Part shown: positions 46,916-54,228 of the stretch, piece by piece
How positions within the stretch are numbered: the stretch's first letter is position 1
Layout: the number at the start of each line of letters is the position of its first letter
From: Methanocellaceae archaeon UBA148
GTDB taxonomy: Archaea; Halobacteriota; UBA148
Reading direction: 5' to 3'
Assembly: GCA_002495885.1 (NCBI GenBank)
Contig: DAHG01000033.1
Location: 18,477 to 82,476, forward strand
Length of the DNA stretch: 64,000 bases
The notes under the pieces: model-generated
Databases searched by the model: none
The model's input: the letters and a program-made list of their open reading frames with translations, nothing else
Told to the model about the DNA's origin: nothing
Position numbers and translations under genes: made by a program

Positions 46916-47902
46916 ATGGATTTGGATTGTTCTGGATGCGGATATTGCTGCTTCTCCCCGATTAATGAAATTGTAGTAAATCACATAAGGGATACTAAAA
47001 CAAGAGAGCTCCTAAATAACGAATTAATGAGGTGCATAGATATTGGCATAATTACGAAAGATGTTGTAAGGTCGGGATTGGTTGTCTCTAAACAAGAAAT
47101 TCAGGGATTACTAAAAGCTGGTCTTTCACACGCCTTAGCGCCTTATCGTACATTTGTGCCACCAAGTGTTCATCTAGATATATTTTTGGAAAAAATGGAT
47201 CTTACACACCTTAGAGACCTCTTTGAACACCAGAAAGCTCGGATATCAGTGTTTAGATTTCGGCATATCGTAATGCTCTACGAGATTGATGACGGTTTTA
47301 AGGTTCCGGTTTTCGCCTGCGTATTTTTTGACTCGAAGGAGAAGAAATGCTAAATTTTTGGTAAAAGCTATAGACCCATGCAATGTAAGGCTTTTCCATT
47401 CAGCGCAATGTGTACTTCTCAAATAGAGAGGTGTCATGGAAAAAATCCTGTCATAACGCGCCCCATGTGCGACCCTTGGAGACTTAATGGAGAATTAACT
47501 TCCCAACAAAAAAATGAAGCAACACAATTTGAAAACATAAGAATGAATTTTATAAACTGTAGTTATATTCCAATTACAGAAAAGGATATGGAAAAGATTG
47601 GAGCTTCACTCAATAATTTGCACTTTGCAATGGATCACTGGAGGGATTTACCAATCTTAACTAATGGTGTATTTTTGAGACTTTACGAACCAGAATATGT
47701 TAATTCAAATTTAAGCGAAGAGGAATCTAGATTTAGTGAACATATGAATCAAAAAATAGCCTCTAACCTCGAATGGTGGGAAAACATTAAGCTTGAAAAA
47801 GGTGAAGTATTTGAAATTTCAGCAAGGATGGAAGAGACCTTCTTCAGCAGGATTATGAATAAAAAAAATCTTCTAAAAAAAGTTGGGACAGAAAAGCGAT
47901 AG
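46916..47902 (+). pseudogene. YkgJ/UPF0153-type CxxCxxCC protein gene interrupted by an in-frame TAA (47351-47353)
   Basis: CSGCGYCC at the N-terminus. The second family motif, C-x-I-[YF]-x3-RP-x2-C-x-FP, reads KKC-TAA-IFGKSYRPMQCKAFPF across the stop. Both track ORFs are in the same frame. Confidence 0.6.
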
Positions 47903-48121
47903 AAAGAGAACTTTCAAGATGAAAAAATGAGAGTTTCTTGACTAAAGTGGGTGTATAGAGGGGTTATCGAGTTAAAATAATGTTTATTTCATGATATTGG
48001 CGTAGGGACTTGAGGGAAATTGTAAAACGTTGAAATCTAAATAAAGAAACAAAACCAAAAGAAAATCAAAATAAAAAAATATCAGTAAAAGATGGGGTAA
48101 ACAATAAAAGGTGATCTAAAA

Positions 48122-48603
48122 ATGGAAAACGATTGCGATTGTCCGATATTGGATAAACAGGATTGGGACCTTAAGAAACATGATTGGGATAAAAGAGCCT
48201 TCTATAGAACAAAGCATTTCTTGTTTCTTCACATGCCGATTGGTATTGGGAAAGCAATTAAAAAGGGCATGGATAGAATCGAAGAAAAAGGATACACGAT
48301 CAAACCACCCTACATGATGCTCGATGATGAAACTGGATGCTTTCTGCAAACATGTTGATTGGCCATAGAAGAGATTCCAGAAAATGATCCTGATGTGGAA
48401 GTGTGGGGCCCCCTACAACTACTTATTCAAAATATTATCACGATCCATTCAAGGGTTTGAAAAAAAAGATAATCGAACTCATAGATTTTGTTGAAAATAA
48501 GGAGCAAAAGAAACCAGTCAGGATTTACTTCTGGGTCACGAATTGTCCAAAATGCTGGAAAAAACAAGGCGGCTCCACAACAATAATGTTCGCCAGAGTT
48601 TAG
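48122..48603 (+). pseudogene. Hypothetical gene with an in-frame TGA (48356-48358) and a -1 frameshift in GGGGCCCCC (48405-48413)
   Basis: After the TGA the same frame continues LAIEEIPENDPDVEVWGP with no start codon. The sequence then continues in the next frame as PPTTTYSKYYHDPFKG... Confidence 0.45.
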
Positions 48604-48735
48604 GATAGGATAAAAAACATGAAATGAAGGTGTGCTGGGCAAATAACTTAACTATAATAAGAGATTATATCAGATCAGATAAATGGTGGAGGACTGAATA
48701 CACCTTGCCATCATGAAATTAAAGAGGTATAATTA

Positions 48736-49338
48736 GTGAGAATTCTTGGTTATGATACGAGTGTGATAGAGACGTTGGTACTAGCCAATGTATTGATGTT
48801 CATCATCACATTGATAAATCCGAATTTAATAATAAATAATCTGGGTCTTCAACCTTCTTTAGCTCTTGAAAGGCCCTGGACACTGGTTACCTCCATGTTC
48901 CTGCATGGTGGCCTTTGGCACTTATTTGCCAACATGTTTACGCTGTTTTTCTTCGGCAATTACCTCCAAGGCCTAATCGGCGGAAGAGATTTGCTAAAAC
49001 TATATGTCGTTGGCGGCATACTCGGCAATATTCTCGTTATTTTTTTGGCAGACCCGAACTCGATCGCAGTTGGTGCCTCTGGTGCAATATTCGCGCTAGG
49101 AGGTACGCTATCCGTGTTAAGACCCAACCTGAAGGTATTCATTATCCCCCTTCCAGTCCCAACCCCACTCTGGATTGCAGTGATTGGCGGTTTCTTAGTA
49201 CTGTCATTAATGCCCTCCATTTCATGGCAAGCACATTTAGGAGGCTTGGTCACTGGACTTGTATTTGGCTATTATTTCAAGAAAAATGGTGTTGGACGGG
49301 AAGACATATACAGATTCTACGACTATGGATACAGATAG
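48736..49338 (+). CDS. Rhomboid family intramembrane serine protease
   Basis: HGGLWHLFANM, GASGAIFALGG (catalytic Ser) and AHLGG (catalytic His). Confidence 0.85.
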   Translation: MRILGYDTSVIETLVLANVLMFIITLINPNLIINNLGLQPSLALERPWTLVTSMFLHGGLWHLFANMFTLFFFGNYLQGLIGGRDLLKLYVVGGILGNILVIFLADPNSIAVGASGAIFALGGTLSVLRPNLKVFIIPLPVPTPLWIAVIGGFLVLSLMPSISWQAHLGGLVTGLVFGYYFKKNGVGREDIYRFYDYGYR

Positions 49339-49392
49339 ATACTGAAAAATGTCTTGATCCTTAATATTTTTAGGATAGGATAGAGGTTCATG

Positions 49393-50766
49393 CTATTTTT
49401 GGGAGATATGCTCATGAATCGCTCTGGCAGCTAGCTTTCCTGCCCCCATGGATTCAATCACAGTGGCAGCACCAGAAACAATATCACCACCGGCAAATAC
49501 CCCCTCTTTGGATGTCATGCCATTCCCATCGACCACCAAGGTACCCCTCTCAGTAACTTGTAGCCCTTCTGTCGTTCTCGATATCAGTGGATTGGGGCTT
49601 TGCCCAATGGCTACTATCACGGTATCGACGTCGATTGTAAACTCAGAATTTTTTATTATGAGGGGTTTTCTTCGACCAGATTTGTCTGGCTCTCCCAGCT
49701 CCATCAAAACGCATTCAATTTTTTTCACCCAACCCTTCTCATCGCCCAAGATTTTCGTCGGGAGGGTTAGAAACTTGAATTTGATTCCCTCTTCCCTGGC
49801 GTGCTCTATTTCCTCCTGCCTGGCAGTCATTTCCTTTTCTGTTCTTCTGTACAAGATGCACACTTCATTGGCCCCCAGTCGCAGAGCTGCTCTGGCAGAG
49901 TCCATGGCTACATTACCCCCTCCAACCACTGCCACTTTTTTGCCTTCTCTGATCGGCGTGTCGTATTCTGGAAACAAATATGCACCCATTAAATTAATTC
50001 TCGTCAAAAACTCGTTTGCAGAGTAAACCCCACATAGATCCTCACCAGGTATGTCCATCCAGCGCGGTAAGCCAGCACCACTTCCTACGAACACCGCATC
50101 GAATTCTTCCAGAAGCTCATCTAAGCTAATGGTTTTTCCTATAACGACACCGGTTTTAATGGAGACTCCAAATTTTTTTATGCAATCGATCTCTGCCCTA
50201 ACTATTTCCTTCGGCAACCTGAACTCAGGGATACCGTAAATGAGCACTCCGCCAGGAGCATGAAGAGCTTCAAAGAGAGTTACACCATGTCCAAGCTTTG
50301 CCAGATCCGCAGAAACGGTTATTCCAGCTGGACCGGAACCTACAACTGCCACTTTTTTGCCTGTAGACGTGGGCTTACTTGAAATCTTAAATCCCTTTTG
50401 ACGCTCGTAATCAGCAACGAACCTTTCAAGTTTACCGATGGATACTGACTCTCCTTTCTTACCTAACAAGCAGAATTTCTCACATTGATTTTCGTGAGGG
50501 CAAACTCGTCCACAAATCGCCGGTAGGTGATTTTTCTGTCTCACTATTCTAATAGCCTCATCAAAATTGCCCTCTTTGATGCACTCGATAAAATCAGGTA
50601 TATCAACCCCCACAGGACATCCTTTTATGCAGCCTGGCTCAGAGCACTGCAAGCATCTTTTGGCTTCGGAAACAGCCTGATCGGCGCTGTAACCCAGGGC
50701 CACTTCCCCAAAATTTTGAATTCTCTTTTCAGGGTCTTGTTCAGGCATCGGTATTCTAAACGTCAT
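49393..50766 (-). CDS. nfnB: GltD-like NADPH-dependent oxidoreductase large subunit (NfnB/SudA-like)
   Basis: CLQCSEPGCIKGCPVGVDIP Fe-S motifs, VAVVGSGPAG and VAVVGGGNVAMD dinucleotide folds. Confidence 0.8.
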   Translation of the reverse strand: MTFRIPMPEQDPEKRIQNFGEVALGYSADQAVSEAKRCLQCSEPGCIKGCPVGVDIPDFIECIKEGNFDEAIRIVRQKNHLPAICGRVCPHENQCEKFCLLGKKGESVSIGKLERFVADYERQKGFKISSKPTSTGKKVAVVGSGPAGITVSADLAKLGHGVTLFEALHAPGGVLIYGIPEFRLPKEIVRAEIDCIKKFGVSIKTGVVIGKTISLDELLEEFDAVFVGSGAGLPRWMDIPGEDLCGVYSANEFLTRINLMGAYLFPEYDTPIREGKKVAVVGGGNVAMDSARAALRLGANEVCILYRRTEKEMTARQEEIEHAREEGIKFKFLTLPTKILGDEKGWVKKIECVLMELGEPDKSGRRKPLIIKNSEFTIDVDTVIVAIGQSPNPLISRTTEGLQVTERGTLVVDGNGMTSKEGVFAGGDIVSGAATVIESMGAGKLAARAIHEHISQK

Positions 50767-51589
50767 CTTTACCTACCCCCCGCTCCAAGGACAACTTTTC
50801 TTCTGTCAGGTATCTTTGCAGTCTGGTCATCAAATGATCGAAGTCAACTCTATGGGCGTCAAATTCCGGCCCATCCACACAGGTAAACTGAGTCCTGCCA
50901 TCCACCCTCACTCTACAAGAGCCGCACATTCCCGTTCCGTCCACCATAATCGGATTTAGACTCGCTATAGTCCTTATGTTGTGTGGTCTCGTAACATTGG
51001 CTACTGCCTTCATCATTATGACTGGTCCGACGGTTACCACCAGATCGATATTTTTTCGCTCATCGATCAGCTTTTTCAGAATGTCTGTAACGAAACCATG
51101 ATGTCCTTTGGAGCCGTCATCAGTCGTTATGTAAAGTTCATCGCTTATTTTCTGCAATTCTTCCTCTAATATCAACAATTCTTTGGTTCTGGCTCCGATG
51201 ATGGAGATGACCTCATTTCCAGCTTCTCCTAATGCCTTGGCCTTAAGAGGGATGGAAGCCACGCCAACCCCACCACCGATACAGACAACTCTTCCGTATT
51301 TTTCGATCTTTGTGGGATTCCCCAAGGGACCCATAAAGTCCAGGATGCGGTCACCCTCTTTTAGAAGGCCTAATAGTTTGGTGGTCTTTCCAATTTCTTG
51401 AAATATGAGGGTGATTGTCCCTTTTTGAGCATCAAAATCAGCAATGGTTAATGGTATCCTCTCTCCTTTTTCGTCTATTCGCAAGATTATAAATTGTCCT
51501 GGCTGAGCTTTCTTGGCAACCAGCGGAGCGAATACCTCAAATAATTTGATGGTTGGAGCTAACTCTTTTTTTGTAATAATCGTATTTAT
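50756..51589 (-). CDS. nfnA: PyrK/SudB-like FAD + 2Fe-2S small subunit (NfnA-like). The conserved N-terminus has no canonical start codon
   Basis: GERIPLTIAD, CIGGGVGVA and GTGMCGSCRV motifs. The frame is open upstream of the track's TTG (51484) and encodes (I)NTIITKKELAPTIKLFEVFAPLVAKKAQPGQFIIL. The only plausible initiator is ATA at 51589-51587, behind GGAGGGAGG. Confidence 0.65.
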   Translation of the reverse strand: MNTIITKKELAPTIKLFEVFAPLVAKKAQPGQFIILRIDEKGERIPLTIADFDAQKGTITLIFQEIGKTTKLLGLLKEGDRILDFMGPLGNPTKIEKYGRVVCIGGGVGVASIPLKAKALGEAGNEVISIIGARTKELLILEEELQKISDELYITTDDGSKGHHGFVTDILKKLIDERKNIDLVVTVGPVIMMKAVANVTRPHNIRTIASLNPIMVDGTGMCGSCRVRVDGRTQFTCVDGPEFDAHRVDFDHLMTRLQRYLTEEKLSLERGVGKDDV

Positions 51590-51674
51590 TTTAGATATTA
51601 ACCTCCCTCCTGTTCGTGCAAAGACCTATCCAAGCAGTGGTATTATTAAGTTATGTTTGCTTATAACGATATGC

Positions 51675-52352
51675 ATGTTAGATTCGCTTTACTTGGTAAT
51701 TGGACAAATCATCATCTATTTCCTCTTGATAACTGTAGTAACGACAGTATCCATCGCGATATTTGTGATATATTCATTCAGGACCGGTACCTTTCCTTTC
51801 CCAAATGTGGTGCTATCAGGCATATTGGCTTTGGAGGGATCGGTCAAGGCACTCTTCCGATTGTTCAAGGTGGATGACTCGATAGTGGATGATGTCGTCA
51901 TTCGATTGAGAAACAAGGTCTCATTGAAAAGGTTTGAGAGCCTTCCCTTTGAAAAGAAGGCGATATTCCTGCCCCAGTGTCTTCGCTCAGTGGACTGCCC
52001 GGCGAAGCTCTCATCAGAGGGAATCCAATGCATCAACTGCGGTCGGTGTAACATCGGGGGGGCGAAAGAAAAATTGGAGCAGTTGGGCTACATGGTTTTC
52101 GTCGTCCCTGGATCGAGTTTCATCAAGCGAATGATTTTAAAATATAAACCAGAGGCAATCTTGGGTGTTGGTTGCATTTCAGAAGTGAAAGATGGACTGG
52201 ACTTATGTCATAGATTTGGTATACCGGCTGTGGGCATTCAATTGGACACGGACGGGTGTATTTCCACTGCTTTAGATTGGGGTGTTTTTTATAACACGGC
52301 CCATCATACAGCAAAAGCAGACAAAAACGCTAGTGAATCATCACATTCGTGA
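51675..52352 (+). CDS. DUF116-family membrane/Cys-rich protein
   Basis: LPQCLRSVDCPA...CINCGRCNIG...VVPGSSFIKRM...GVGCISEV. I prefer the ATG at 51675 because the track start overlaps the nfnA N-terminus. Confidence 0.6.
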   Translation: MLDSLYLVIGQIIIYFLLITVVTTVSIAIFVIYSFRTGTFPFPNVVLSGILALEGSVKALFRLFKVDDSIVDDVVIRLRNKVSLKRFESLPFEKKAIFLPQCLRSVDCPAKLSSEGIQCINCGRCNIGGAKEKLEQLGYMVFVVPGSSFIKRMILKYKPEAILGVGCISEVKDGLDLCHRFGIPAVGIQLDTDGCISTALDWGVFYNTAHHTAKADKNASESSHS

Positions 52353-53298
52353 TTGCATCGAGGGGAATAGCTGTGAATCCATTCTCATTAAGGTATTGAG
52401 CGAGTTTTGACGGTCTGCTTCCAAGAGGATGGTAGAGGATCGTAACCTCGGGTTTACAATCGCGCACCATCTTTATCAGGCCATTGAAATCGAGGTGATC
52501 GCTTATCTTGATTCGCTGATGCGAACAACTTCGTCCAGTTAATACAAATTTATCCAGATGATCCGGTAAGCGATGCAAATCCCGTGGTGGAACGATGCTC
52601 ATTTTGCCATTTTCTCCAAGGCTTACCAGCGACCCCATGTGCTCCATCAATTCCCTCGTCAATTCCAAGGATTTACTATCCATGCCGATTTCTTCTTTGT
52701 ACCCCAGACTACGAAGTAGTTTGACAGCCCTTTGGGCCTTACCAAATGAATAGGCACCGAATGCAACGTTCTCTCTAATGGCATCCTTGAAGGCACTTAT
52801 ATCATCCGTAAAACTGCATTGTGGATCATAAGGGTCCCCATAGGTCGCTTCCGTAACGAGAACATCGCATCTTGGAAGCTGAGACGCATCCTTGACGTCT
52901 CCGGTTGTTAGGAGGGTGGTCCCGACTTCATTTTCCCAATAAAAGGCTGTGGCACCTATAGTGTGTCCTGTCGGATACGTTCGAATCCTAACACCATCCA
53001 TGTCCACACAATCCCCGACTTTAAAGGTCGTCCCAACAAATCTTCTTCCATACATGATCTCAAGCGCTTTAGCGGTTTTTTCAGACGCTACAGAATTTTG
53101 TGAGAGCATTGCAGAGCTACCGTGATGATCAGAGTGGGCATGGGTTATCAAAAGGGCGTGGGAATCTTCGTTAGGCGTGGTATCGATTCCAAATATATGT
53201 AGCTTTTCTGACCTAAATGAGATCAACAGATGTGGAGTATATCCTTTAGAACTTCTCCTACGTATTGGTAATACACCTAAATCGACCAGTTTCTTCAA
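52330..53298 (-). CDS. MBL-fold metallo-hydrolase
   Basis: LITHAHSDHHG motif and further His/Asp ligands. Confidence 0.7.
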   Translation of the reverse strand: MKKLVDLGVLPIRRRSSKGYTPHLLISFRSEKLHIFGIDTTPNEDSHALLITHAHSDHHGSSAMLSQNSVASEKTAKALEIMYGRRFVGTTFKVGDCVDMDGVRIRTYPTGHTIGATAFYWENEVGTTLLTTGDVKDASQLPRCDVLVTEATYGDPYDPQCSFTDDISAFKDAIRENVAFGAYSFGKAQRAVKLLRSLGYKEEIGMDSKSLELTRELMEHMGSLVSLGENGKMSIVPPRDLHRLPDHLDKFVLTGRSCSHQRIKISDHLDFNGLIKMVRDCKPEVTILYHPLGSRPSKLAQYLNENGFTAIPLDAITNVMIH

Positions 53299-53406
53299 AA
53301 GGCACCCATCCCCTATGAATGGAAGTTATAGCTTAAGATATATATAGGTATATGAAGAGTTAGTTCTACTTGAAAAGGTTAATTGTCGTTTAATTAAGAA
53401 TCGATT

Positions 53407-53504
53407 GCTCCGGTGGTGTAGTCCGGCCAAATTCAGCCAGAACTGAAGGCCATTCATGCAGGACTCTCACTCCTGCGACTGGGGTTCAAATCCCCACCGG
53501 AGCA
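53407..53504 (+). tRNA. tRNA-Glu(CUC) carrying a 23-nt insertion or non-canonical intron in the D-loop (about 53431-53453)
   Basis: GCTCCGG/CCGGAGC acceptor, anticodon stem CAGGA/TCCTG with loop CTCTCAC, T-arm TGGGG-TTCAAAT-CCCCA, discriminator A. Removing 53431-53453 restores the usual GTAGTCCGGCCAATCATG D-arm. Confidence 0.7.
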
Positions 53505-54061
53505 TACAGATGATAGGTCGGACCATTGGCAAGATGAAAATTTATGCCAAAATATCGCCAGTCTAAATGAACACAAATAGAGCCATCCTCAGCCAGCAAA
53601 TCCCTCATCAAAACAAGACGCTCATACATATACTTCAGATAAGAAGCGATCCCGCCGCTCCATGCATCTTTATAAGCCCGCTCCTCTATAATTGACGGCT
53701 CTTTTTCTATTGCTTCATTACCTACTATTGTCCTTATGGTAAAGTCTGCACCCGTAAAAAAGGGTGGGTCAATGTAAATGAGATTTATCTTACCAGCCCA
53801 GCCCTGCTTGATCAAAGAACTCATCACAAGTTTATTATCGCCCCAAATCAGCTTATTTTTCCCGTCTCTTGGATAGTTCTCAGGATATTCTTCCTCTGGG
53901 AAAAGGGAAGCACCATAACCTCCTTTAATTCGGGGTTTGTTTACGGTTTCCACTACTTGAAAAGGAAGATTTGGCTTTTCGATTGATGTCTTCTCACCTT
54001 TCTCGTATCTATCGTATTTCTCTGCCCAGAGGAGTGCAACATATTTTTTGTTATCTGCCAT
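53486..54061 (-). pseudogene. N-terminal fragment of a beta-class N6A/N4C DNA methyltransferase (type III Mod-like), truncated at the tRNA-Glu 3' end
   Basis: LPFQVVETVN..., NKLIWGDNKLVM, NLIYIDPPFFTGADF (motif IV) and DGSICVHLDWR. The reading frame then ends inside the tRNA. No SAM-binding FxGxG motif is present. Confidence 0.65.
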
Positions 54062-54228
54062 CTCTTTAAAATCTCCTCCTCTTTATTATAATCACTTTTG
54101 TCGTCTCTCCCTTAAAATAGCTTGCCAAAATTTTGCCTAGGAGTTAATTTTTGCAAAAAGAAAACAGCAAGTCTTATCTTTTCATAAATCAAACATGAAC
54201 TCAAAAATTTGGATTCAGAGGTTTATTC

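Noticed and set aside
48356-48358. Selenocysteine at the in-frame TGA after ...QTC.
   Set aside because: The same gene also carries a frameshift 50 nt downstream. I see no SECIS-like hairpin in the 3' region. The surrounding island contains other decayed genes.
48599-49382. 14-nt direct repeat TTTAGGATAGGATA at 48599-48612 and 49369-49382 flanking the rhomboid gene, considered as att-like sites.
   Set aside because: A 14-mer match is expected by chance several times in 64 kb. A rough estimate is pairs/4^14 of order 1-10, and more in A+T-rich DNA. The enclosed gene is an ordinary rhomboid protease and no recombinase is nearby.
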